Positions 23,876-34,300 of a DNA stretch of 64,000 nt are shown piece after piece. Location: the NCBI GenBank assembly GCA_002269645.1, contig NIVC01000694.1, positions 186,001 to 250,000 of the forward strand. Reading direction: 5' to 3'. Source of the stretch: Macrostomum lignano (Eukaryota). Position numbers and translations under genes: made by a program. The notes beneath the pieces are model-generated. The model was not told the DNA's origin and searched no databases. It worked only from the letters and a program-made list of their open reading frames with translations. The number at the start of each line of letters is the position of its first letter. Position 1 is the first letter of the stretch.

Positions 23876-26800
23876 ATGGCCTTCCTACAACTGCCGGCCC
23901 CAGGTAACTTTAGCATTAGAGACGACCCCCACTCCACAAGCAAGCGCTGGCAGGAGTGGTCATCCAACCTTCTACGCTACCTGGCGGCCACGGGCATCAC
24001 AAACGAGACACAGAAACGCCAGATCCTCCTATACACGGCAGGCAAAGAAGTAAGCGACCTGTATAGCGAGATCATAACAACAGAGACCGACACAACAGAA
24101 GGCGAACCTACAGTCGAACCCACGGTCGACCAGCTGATCGCTCTGTTCACCAAGCATTTCCAAGGTCGCGACAACATTGTGTTTCTCCGCTACCAATTCC
24201 GCCAGTGCGTGCAGGACGAAGGCGAGTCGATAGACGCCTGGCACAGCAGACTCTGGAGCGCCTCGGAAGCCTGCCAGTTCGAGAGCCTACGTTATTCGCT
24301 CGTCAGGGACCAAATTGTGGCCAGCTGCCGCAGCGAGTCGCTGAGGAAGCGGCTGCTGAACATCCCCAACATCAACCTGGCGGACACCCTCCAACTGGCC
24401 AGGACGCACGAGGCAGCAGAAAAGCAGGCGGCCATCATGTCCAGGACAGCGGCAGCCTCTGAGGAAGTAGCGCAGGTGCGCCGCCAGCGCTACCCGCCGC
24501 CGGAACTGTCGCGCCAGCCGCAGCCATCCGCGAAGTGCATCCGATGCGGCGAGTCGGGCCACAGGAGCTGCAACAGGGCGCAAGGCAAGCGGTGCACCAA
24601 CTGCGGCAAGTTCAACCACCTGGCCAAGGCCTGCCTCAGCCGCTCGAAGATCAACGCGCTACAGCCCGAGCAAGACCAGCTTGCAGACCAGCCAGTCAAC
24701 GAGGTGTTCTGCACGCTCAGCGGCAAGGACAATAGCGCCAAATTCCCCATCAGCATCAACGGTCAGCAGGTCTGCACACTGATCGACAGCGGAGCAAGCT
24801 GCAACGTACTGGACATGGCGACGTTCCGCAGAATTTGCCGCCGCGGCACGCCACTTGCGCCGTCCAGCACCAGAGTCTTCGCGCTCGGCGCCAGCGAGCC
24901 GCTGGAGGCAGCCGGTCAAACGACGCTCACCGTCAGGGCGAACCACCGCGAGCTGCAGGCGAACTTCATTGTCATCCGGAGCAGCTGCACCCCAATCCTC
25001 GGCAGAGCGTCCAGCACGAAGCTCGGTATGCTGAGAGTCGGCCCAGAGGCCTGCACGAACTCGGCGGTGGTGGCCAGCCTGGCCAATCCAGCGAGATGCG
25101 AGGATCAGCACTTGCCTAAGCAGCTACAGCTTGAGAGCATCCTGGCCGACTTCAGCGACCGCTTTCAGGGCATTGGATGCGTGAAGGGCGTCACCATCAC
25201 TATCAAGCTGAGATCAGATGCCAGCCCAGTTTGCCAACCGCCATCCCGAGTGTCAGTGCACCTCAGGGCGGCCGTCATCAAAGAGCTGGAAGAGCAGCTT
25301 GCCCTGGGAATCATCGAGCGGGTGCATGGGCCAACACCCTTGTGCTCCAGGATGGTCGCGGTCCCGAAGGCCGAGCAGGGAGAGGTGCGCATCACCCAGG
25401 ACCTCCGCGAGGTGAACAAGTACGTCATCCCGGAGAAGCAGCCGATCCCCACATTCGAAGAGGTAACCGACGAAATGGCCGGATCGACGTATTTTTCGGA
25501 GCTGGATGTCGCCAAAGCGTTCCACCAAATTGAAGTCGCCGAGGAGTCCAGGGATCTGCTGACGTTCTCCACGCCAATCGGGCTCCTACGGCTGCGCCGG
25601 CTCTGCATGGGCTACACATCCGCCTCCGAGATCCTCCAGCGGGTGATGTCCTCCGTCCTCAGCGGCCTGCCCGGCGTCCGCTGGGTGCACGACGACATCC
25701 TGGTGTATGCGAAGAACATTGAGGAGCACAACCAGCGCCTGCGAGACTGCCTGGCTCGGCTGAAGGCCAGCAACATCACGCTGAACCCCAAAAAGTGCCG
25801 CTTCGCTCAGCGAGAGGTCGATTTCCTCGCCATGCGGCTGTCGGCAGTCGGCATTCACCCCAGCACCGAGAAAGTGGCGGCCATCAACAGTTTCAAGCGG
25901 CCGACCAACGCGACCGAGGTCCGCTCGTTCCTCGGCCTCGTCACCTTCGTCGCGCGCTTCATCAGCAACCTGTCCGACAGGGCTCGGCCACTCCGAGAGC
26001 TGACCCGACAGGCCGCCGAGTGGACATGGGGTGAGCAACAGGAGGCCGCGTTCAAGGACATTAAGCAAACGATCGCCAGCAGCGAGGCGCTGGCATTCTT
26101 CAACAGCAAGCTTCCGACCCAGCTAATCGTGGACGCCAGCCCCACAGGCGTCGGCGCCATCCTCGCCCAAGTCCAACCTGACGGATCGACGCGGCCGGTG
26201 GCGTACGCGAGCCGCAGCCTGAGCCCGACCGAGCAGCGCTACTCCCAGACGGAGCGGGAGGCGCTCGCGGTGAAGTACGGTGGCCTGAAGTTTCATCACT
26301 ACCTCAGCGGCGGCGGCAACTTCAAGGTAATCACCGACCACAAGCCGCTGGTATCCCTGTTCAGCCCGGGGTCGCGGCCGCCGCCCCGCATTGAGCGCAT
26401 GGCGCTGCGACTGCAAGACCTGGTCTTCCAAGTGGTTTATCAACCCGGAGCCGGCAATCCGTCCGACGTCCTGAGCCGCCAGCCGCTGCCAATGCCGCCG
26501 AACAACGTCGGTGAGCAGGCGGATGCGATCTACGTGGCCACGGCAGTGCGGGCGGCCACCCCGGTGTCCATCAGCCTGACCATCATCAAGGCCGCCTCCG
26601 ACCAAGATTCCACTGTCCAAGCAGCTCTGCACGCCATCCGCGGGAACCAGTGGGACAAGAGCGACACGCGCCTACAGGGACTGCACGGCGTGGCCCACGA
26701 GTTGTCCGAGCTGGACGGCCTGCTGCTGTGCCGCAGCCAACTGTACATGCCGACGGCTCTGCGGTACCGGTGCCTGCAGCTGGCCCACCAGGGCCACCAG

Positions 26801-27859
26801 GGCGTCAGAAAAACGCTGGACCGCCTACAACCGAAGGTTTGGTGGCCCGGCATGCGAGCATCCGTAGAAGCGCACGTGGCAGCCTGCATCAGCTGCCAGG
26901 CCTGCACCCGCGAGACCGCGCCGAAATCCACGCCACTCAAGCCGACCGAACTACCGGAGGGCCCCTGGCTCGAGCTGGGGCTGGACTTCCTCGGACCAGT
27001 AAGCGGCAAGTCGCTGCTCGTCTGCACGGACCACTTCTCCAGGTTCCCGCTCGTGGAGGTCATGCCCAGCACCACCGCCTCCGCCGTCACCAAGGTGCTG
27101 CGCCGGTGGTTCAGCATCTTCGGGCAGCCGACAAAGGTAACTACAGACAACGGCCCGCCCTTTGCATCGGCCGAGTTCAGCAGCTTCCTGGCGGACCAGG
27201 GCGCCCGGCACCATCGAATCACGCCTCTCTACCCTCAGGCCAACGGCGCAACGGAGCGGTGCAACCAGGGGCTGAACAAGGCTATTCGCGCGGCGGTCCT
27301 CGAAGGTCGGGACTGGACGCTGGCCTTGGACGAATACCTGGCAGCGTACAGGCGCACTCCACACTGCGCCACAGGCGTCGCACCGGCTAGTCTGCTATTT
27401 GGCAGGCAAATCAACGACGTGATCCCGAGCCTCCAACACTCGCAGCCCATCGACGTGACAAGAGCGGCCATCGCCGACCGCGACCGCCAGGCCAAAGAGG
27501 AGATGAAGCGGCTCGCCGACCAACGCTCCAGGGCAGCAGACCACGCCATCCGTCCGGGCGACCGCGTCCTGAGGCGTCTGCAATCCCGGCAGAAGACCGA
27601 CGCCTTCTACGAGCCAGTGCCATGGACCGTGGCCGAGGTCCAGGGCGACTCCCTGCTCATGCAGCGCGACGAGGTCGTCTGCCGCAGGCACGCTACGCAG
27701 GTCAAGCGGCTGTCCGAGCAGCCTAAGCAGTCCGAAGGGCAGCCGCTCCAGCCGCCTGGCCCCCCTGAGCCCACGGAGCCGATCGCTGCCCGGCCGCATC
27801 CCCGGCAAGCAAAGGACCCGGAGAGGAACTACAAAGAGCCCGACCTGCGCAGAAGCTGA
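23876..27859 (+). CDS. Gag-Pol polyprotein, 1327 aa (gag, zinc knuckles, protease, RT, RNase H, integrase)
   Basis: CIRCGESGHRSC and CTNCGKFNHLAKAC knuckles; LIDSGAS protease; ELDVAKAFHQI and VHDDILV in RT; VDAS..YASRSL..EREALA..TDHKPL RNase H; HQGHQG..CISC, LDF, TDNGPPF and NGATER integrase in gypsy order; no stops or frameshifts. Confidence 0.97.
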   Translation: MAFLQLPAPGNFSIRDDPHSTSKRWQEWSSNLLRYLAATGITNETQKRQILLYTAGKEVSDLYSEIITTETDTTEGEPTVEPTVDQLIALFTKHFQGRDNIVFLRYQFRQCVQDEGESIDAWHSRLWSASEACQFESLRYSLVRDQIVASCRSESLRKRLLNIPNINLADTLQLARTHEAAEKQAAIMSRTAAASEEVAQVRRQRYPPPELSRQPQPSAKCIRCGESGHRSCNRAQGKRCTNCGKFNHLAKACLSRSKINALQPEQDQLADQPVNEVFCTLSGKDNSAKFPISINGQQVCTLIDSGASCNVLDMATFRRICRRGTPLAPSSTRVFALGASEPLEAAGQTTLTVRANHRELQANFIVIRSSCTPILGRASSTKLGMLRVGPEACTNSAVVASLANPARCEDQHLPKQLQLESILADFSDRFQGIGCVKGVTITIKLRSDASPVCQPPSRVSVHLRAAVIKELEEQLALGIIERVHGPTPLCSRMVAVPKAEQGEVRITQDLREVNKYVIPEKQPIPTFEEVTDEMAGSTYFSELDVAKAFHQIEVAEESRDLLTFSTPIGLLRLRRLCMGYTSASEILQRVMSSVLSGLPGVRWVHDDILVYAKNIEEHNQRLRDCLARLKASNITLNPKKCRFAQREVDFLAMRLSAVGIHPSTEKVAAINSFKRPTNATEVRSFLGLVTFVARFISNLSDRARPLRELTRQAAEWTWGEQQEAAFKDIKQTIASSEALAFFNSKLPTQLIVDASPTGVGAILAQVQPDGSTRPVAYASRSLSPTEQRYSQTEREALAVKYGGLKFHHYLSGGGNFKVITDHKPLVSLFSPGSRPPPRIERMALRLQDLVFQVVYQPGAGNPSDVLSRQPLPMPPNNVGEQADAIYVATAVRAATPVSISLTIIKAASDQDSTVQAALHAIRGNQWDKSDTRLQGLHGVAHELSELDGLLLCRSQLYMPTALRYRCLQLAHQGHQGVRKTLDRLQPKVWWPGMRASVEAHVAACISCQACTRETAPKSTPLKPTELPEGPWLELGLDFLGPVSGKSLLVCTDHFSRFPLVEVMPSTTASAVTKVLRRWFSIFGQPTKVTTDNGPPFASAEFSSFLADQGARHHRITPLYPQANGATERCNQGLNKAIRAAVLEGRDWTLALDEYLAAYRRTPHCATGVAPASLLFGRQINDVIPSLQHSQPIDVTRAAIADRDRQAKEEMKRLADQRSRAADHAIRPGDRVLRRLQSRQKTDAFYEPVPWTVAEVQGDSLLMQRDEVVCRRHATQVKRLSEQPKQSEGQPLQPPGPPEPTEPIAARPHPRQAKDPERNYKEPDLRRS

Positions 27860-27973
27860 TTGACTTGATTGATTGACTGTCTCTCAAATGGACTGCACAT
27901 GCATGAACTGTTAGTCACTTTTTATGGTTCCCTTTGTGTTTTCACCGTTACTTTTAATCCACTCGAGGAGGAA

Positions 27974-28178
27974 TGTAATGCCACTCTGGCCAGTACTAGC
28001 TTGAACATTGTATTAGCACGTACATGTCGCTACTCAACTTATGTACGTAAGGCACGCGGCTCAATTGTGCACGTTGCAATCAGATCGCTTCCAAATATAA
28101 ATATCGTCTCACCCTACTTGGAGGGTTAAGGCTTTTTCTCGCACGCCACAAACACTGCCTGAGTCTTGAGTCATTACA
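27974..28178 (+). repeat. 3' LTR
   Basis: Identical to the 5' LTR except gagtct versus gactcc near its 3' end. Confidence 0.96.
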
Positions 28179-29524
28179 CCGTGGAGCGGGTAAAATTGTT
28201 ACCTGCTTTCTAGCGGGTTGTCTCTGCTTCATGTGTCTGTTTTTTAGAGGGCTGTCTCTGGCTGATATTTCTGTCTTCTCGCGGGTTGTCAAAGATCAAG
28301 AAAAGTGCTTGCTTGAAAAATTGTTTGGGACCCGCAAAGCGCGTCAACCTGCTAGTTAAAACTATTTCTGAACGAAAAGCTTTATGAATATCGATAGAGC
28401 AATAAGAAAGGCACAACATATCAAAAGATGAACACTGAATCTGCCTCCTATCAAAATCAATAGCAATTTTTGTGTTGAAAAATGAAAACCTCCTATCTCT
28501 GTAGTGTATTTTTCGGTGAAAAGTTGCCTTCAAAACATTTACCAAAGATTTCGAGTGTAGCGTCCTATATATATGTTACTTGAGTAGTCCTTGATTGGTT
28601 GGAGTTCGAATTGGAGCCTAAAATATAATGCAATCTTCCTCTTCGCCAACCCGTCCCACCGCGGCAGCTACGAGTACCAGATAGAGCCCCTAGCTGGGAC
28701 CGAACGAATTAATTTATTACAATAGTCGAGGAAAACTTCGAAAGAGCCTTCTGTACCCGCTTGCTACAGGAATCAGGCCTTAGTCTCTTGAAACATCCGT
28801 GAGAGGATGATATGGTTTGGACATTGAATGTGGCGTTGCAGTCGAAGTCCCACAGGGAGGACCAAAAGGGTGTTTGTAACATGCTTTTAAGACGCAGCTG
28901 CCACCAGCATTTGCGTATGTACATCCCAAGAAGCCTCTACTCACGAGACGGGGCTAACGGTCCTATTCGATTAAAAAGCATGTATAACGATTCTCGAAAA
29001 TCAGGGACACTATGCCAGGCAAAAAATGGGTACCAGTCCCAGTCAAATGATGAACTTTGGGCGTTTCTCATTGGGGGACTCTTGCGCAAGAGAGACTAAG
29101 TGGGGAACTCACAATCCTCAGTTGCTTGGGTCTGGACTTAAGTAAATTTTACCGTAGATTTCATGCACGAACACATTAAAATTACTGTGATTACAAGTGC
29201 ATCATTTATTACTGAATTCTTTGAGGCTCCTATTTTATGGATCTGCAGTGCGCCACGAATCTACAGGGCTTTCATTTGATATCGACTCATGTTAAACAGT
29301 TGAAATTGACAGTTAGGGTATAGGCTTTTTAACGACAACAGCAACAACAAAATACGGTCGCTAGGTTTTAACGACCTAGATAATCTTCCAGCAGTTTAAA
29401 GGCTTATCAACACTTATCAACATATAATCAAAATCTAATCGCTTATCAATGCTTATCAACATATTACACTATGCCATTGCATTATCCCATTGCATCCCAT
29501 CCCATTGCATTGCATTATCCTAAT

Positions 29525-30560
29525 TGTCACGTTGGTGCAGATTGTACTGTGTCAGGCGCCATTCCAACTGTCACTTTGGTGCAGATTGTACTGTGTCAGG
29601 CATCATTCCAACTGTCACGTTGGTGCAGATTGTACTGTGTCAGGCATCATTCCAACTGTCACTTTGGTGCAGATTGTACTGTGTCAGGCATCATTCCAAC
29701 TGTCACGTTGGTGCAGATTGTACTGTGTCAGGCATCATTCCAACTGTCACTTTGGTGCAGATTGTACTGTGTCAGGCATCATTCCAACTGTCACTTTGGT
29801 GCAGATTGTACTGTGTCAGGCATCATTCCAACTGTCACTTTGGTGCAGATTGTACTGTGTCAGGCATCATTCCAACTGTCACTTTGGTGCAGATTGTCTG
29901 TCAGGCATCATTCCAACTGTCACTTTGGTGCAGATTGTACTGTGTCAGGCATCATTCCAACTGTCACTTTGGTGCAGATTGTCTGTCAGGCATCATTCCA
30001 ACTGTCACTTTGGTGCAGATTGTACTGTGTCAGGCATCATTCCAACTGTCACTTTGGTGCAGATTGTACTGTGTCAGGCATCATTCCAACTGTCACTTTG
30101 GTGCAGATTGTCTGTCAGGCATCATTCCAACTGTCACTTTGGTGCAGATTGTACTGTGTCAGGCATCATTCCAACTGTCACTTTGGTGCAGATTGTCTGT
30201 CAGGCATCATTCCAACTGTCACTTTGGTGCAGATTGTACTGTGTCAGGCATCATTCCAACTGTCACTTTGGTGCAGATTGTACTGTGTCAGGCATCATTC
30301 CAACTGTCACGTTGGTGCAGATTGTACTGTGTCAGGCATCATTCCAACTGTCACTTTGGTGCAGATTGTCTGTCAGGCATCATTCCAACTGTCACTTTGG
30401 TGCAGATTGTACTGTGTCAGGCATCATTCCAACTGTCACTTTGGTGCAGATTGTACTGTGTCAGGCATCATTCCAACTGTCACGTTGGTGCAGATTGTAC
30501 TGTGTCAGGCATCATTCCAACTGTCACTTTGGTGCAGATTGTACTGTGTCAGGCGCCATT
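29525..30560. repeat. 44-bp minisatellite with 40-bp variants (tgtcactttggtgcagattgtactgtgtcaggcatcattccaac)
   Basis: About 24 copies; produces three spurious ~375-aa ORFs. Confidence 0.95.
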
Positions 30561-31290
30561 CCTATCCTCACTTTGCTCTTGCGACCGAACGGAGCCCCCG
30601 CGACAATTAATTGATACTGAATATTTATTTATACTGAATGTAGATTTATTGCTTTAGCGATCAACGAACCTTCATAGCATATTTAGGTGGAAATCTACCC
30701 TTAGGCTAAAATTATTTATTTTCATTTCTTCATTTTCTTCATCAAAAGGAATTTCGAAGAGCTAGCGGGCAATTTGTTGAGCTATATTTAACCTCAGCTG
30801 AAGCGCTGAGTGCAGCTGCACTGAAATAGTTCAGGCGAAGGCTGTGAAACGAAGGATTAAAAAAAACGCCTCAAACAGACGAGTGCTAATTGCAATTCCT
30901 AGCAAATTAAAGTCTTGTCAAAAAAGCTCACCAGTCGCATAATTCTCGCTTCTCGCCAAAGAAACGCGTCAAGTCGGGGTGGCCGAATGCGCGCCGAGCA
31001 CAATGAGAAACGCCGCCTTATTGTTCGAATTCGCAATGATGCGATGCTATAATTTATGATCGCTGGTATTGTCTAATAACTTTATGGCCGAATGCAGGTG
31101 TTAAATAACGGCAGCGCAAGGACAGTCAAACAAGCAATAAATCTCTGCTGCGAAAGGCTTTCCATCTAGGGACTACAAAAATGCCACTCTAATTCGCCTA
31201 ATTAATTCAAATTTATGCCGCATCACGACTGTGTTTTTGTAAATAAAAAATGTTAGAAATTTGTTTGCATCATTCATTCAGTAATTTCCG

Positions 31291-31330
31291 TATAAATATG
31301 AGACACCAGAAATCTGAGACGAGCAGTCGC
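31291..31330 (+). promoter_or_regulatory. TATA box and probable start region of the Ly6-like gene
   Basis: tataaat at 31291-31297, an initiator-like cagt ~30 bp downstream, ATG at 31362. Confidence 0.55.
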
Positions 31331-31361
31331 TCTGACAGAAGGATCCTCAGCGCACACTGGA

Positions 31362-34300
31362 ATGATGAAGTTCTCGTACTTTTTGCTGATCGCCTTTGCA
31401 ATCGTCGACTTAGGTAAGTTCAGAACCAACTGTATGTCATTGCCAAGGAACTGCTAGTATTGAGCAGCGGATATGCATTGCAGGCAGATGCTTTCCCATT
31501 GTCTGCTGGATACGAACTGGAAGTTCTGACGAGACCTCCAATGGCAGCGGATACTACTGTGGTTATTCACACTGCCACTCCTACACACCAGCTGGGGTGA
31601 GGCCTTGCCTGCTTATTCTGCAAACAAGTCATTTTATATTTTATATTCTGTGGCAACCGCACCTAGGATTTCATGTCCTCTACATGTCCTCTCTATGTAG
31701 ATCCTCTACTCTACAGGCACAGACCCTCTACAGGCACAGATCCTCTATAGGCACAGATCCTCTATAGGCACAGATCCTCTACAGGCACAGATCCTCTATA
31801 GGCACAGATCCTCTACAGGCACAGATCCTCTATAGGCACAGATCCTCTATAGGCACAGATCCTCTACAGGCACAGATCCTCTACAGGCACAGACCCTCTA
31901 CAGGCACAGACCCTCTACAGGCACAGACCCTCTACAGGCACAGATCCACTACAGGCGCAGATCCTCTACAGGCACAGACCCAGCTCAATTATTTCTCCCA
32001 CCTCCGCGCAGCTTCTGCTGCTCCTAGAGCTTCTAGCGGTTTTTTAGCCGTATTTCACCATATTCCATTTTCAACTGCTGGTGTCCAGGTTCGAAGTGAT
32101 TGAATACGCACGTATGGTTAATTACGGTTAAGAATGACTCGACATTTGATTGAATTTGTTAACTTTCAGGAAACGGGAAACTTTGCCGCCTGCGGCAGGT
32201 GCCCCCAGGGTGATCCGACATGCTTGGAATGCACTAAGGACTACTGCAACAACCGGACCTCCTCGACCCTCCGCTGCTACGCCAATAAGTATGACGTCTC
32301 ATCGTCGCCAACTAGCAACGGTGTTTCGTTGGCCTGCACAGCTGGATTCTCTTCGTGCTTCTCGTACACCAAGTTTCCGGCTGACTATTCATCCAACACA
32401 GTAAGACATCCGGGCACTCATTTCCACCGGTAGTTTCTAAGTTCTGAGAGCGAAATAAAAGTTTGCTGAACTTTACGTTAGGCGTAAAACTAGGCGAGAC
32501 GCTATAGTACTCACGGAGCTTCGGTGTGTGTGTGTGTGTGTGTGTGCGTGTGTGTGTGCTATTGGTTAGTGAGTATCTAGAAAGAGATCTTGTAGTTTCT
32601 CGGCTGAAAGCATTTTGGCTGACATCCAATGCGCCCCCCGCCCTGCAGACCTACTTCGGCTGCGGAACCTGCAACCAGACTGAGGACCCGGCCTGCGTGA
32701 ACTGCGGCTCGAACCTGTGCAACACAGCCCTGCCAACACCCTTCAGGTGCTACTATGGCAGGTACAACATCTCGGGTCCCGTTAGCAATGAAACCTCGAT
32801 GACCTGTCAGACTGGAATAACGACCTGTTTCTCGGCAATCATGGTAAATCGCATTTACCTGTCTTCTACCTGCACATGCTTGGATATTGCTTAGCATGCT
32901 AATTCGGATTTTTGGCATTTATGACAGAACATCGACACGCCGCACTACGTGTACGGCTGCGGCAACTGCAGCGCTGACACGATGCCTTCCTGTGCGAAAT
33001 GCAGCTCCGATCTGTGCAACACTGCCGAGATGTCCGCGCTCACCTGCATCCATCGCGACTCCGGGAACAACTCGCAGTCTGTCACTTGCGCCAAGGGAAT
33101 TAGCACATGCTACAGTCTGACTCGATCATTGGTGAGACTTTTGCGCCAAGGGAATTAGCACATGATACAGTCTGACTCGATCATTGGTAAGACATTTGCG
33201 TCAAGGGAATTAGCACATGCTACAGTGTGACTCGATCATTGGTGAGACATTTGCGTCAAGGGAATTAGCACATGCTACAGTGTGACTCGATCATTGGTAA
33301 GACATTTGCGTCAAGGGAATTAGCACATGATACAGTGTGACTCGATCATTGGTAAGACTTTTGCGCCAAGGGAATTAGCACATGATACAGTGTGACTCGA
33401 TCATTGGTAAGACATTTGCGTCAAGGGAATTAGCACATGATACAGTGTGACTCGATCATTGGTAAGACTTTTGCGCCAAGGGAATTAGCACATGATACAG
33501 TGTGACTCGATCATTGGTAAGACATTTGCGTCAAGGGAATTAGCACATGCTACAGTGTGACTCGATCATTGGTAAGACATTTGCGTCAAGGGAATTAGCA
33601 CATGCTACAGTGTGACTCGATCATTGGTAAGACATTTGCGTCAAGGGAATTAGCACATGATACAGTGTGACTCGATCATTGGTAAGACATTTGCGTCAAG
33701 GGAATTAGCACATGATACAGTGTGACTCGATCATTGGTAAGACATTTGCGTCAAGGGAATTAGCACATGATACAGTGTGACTCGATCATTGGTAAGACTT
33801 TTGCGTCAAGGGAATTAGCACATGATACAGTCTGACTCGATCATTGGTAAGACATTTGCGTCAAGGGAATTAGCACATGATACAGTGTGACTCGATCATT
33901 GGTAAGACTTTTGCGCCAAGGGAATTAGCACATGATACAGTGTGACTCGATCATTGGTAAGACATTTGCGTCAAGGGAATTAGCACATGATACAGTCTGA
34001 CTCGATCATTGGTGAGACATTTGCGTCAAGGGAATTAGCACATGCTACAGTGTGACTCGATCATTGGTGAGACATTTGCGTCAAGGGAATTAGCACATGA
34101 TACAGTGTGACTCGATCATTGGTAAGACATTTGCGTCAAGGGAATTAGCACATGATACAGTGTGACTCGATCATTGGTAAGACTTTTGCGCCAAGGGAAT
34201 TAGCACATGATACAGTCTGACTCGATCATTGGTAAGACATTTGCGTCAAGGGAATTAGCACATGCTACAGTGTGACTCGATCATTGGTAAGACATTTGCG

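Larger units (their letters stand above)
23650..28178 (+). mobile_element. Full-length Ty3/gypsy LTR retrotransposon (Mag-like), 4529 bp, apparently intact
   Basis: 205-bp LTRs at 23650-23854 and 27974-28178 differing at 2 positions; TGTAATG...CATTACA termini; 5-bp TSD CCGTG (23645-23649 and 28179-28183); PBS-like TGGCGTCGC at 23856; PPT gaggaggaa at 27965-27973; single gag-pol ORF. Confidence 0.97.

Noticed and set aside
28600-29100. Possible decayed DNA-transposon coding remnant right of the LTR element
   Set aside because: Only a vague HP..ED..W-like pattern with stops; not enough to assign a family.
29471-30657. Three Cys-rich ~375-aa ORFs
   Set aside because: All three frames give the same permuted peptide, as expected for a tandem unit whose length is not a multiple of 3.
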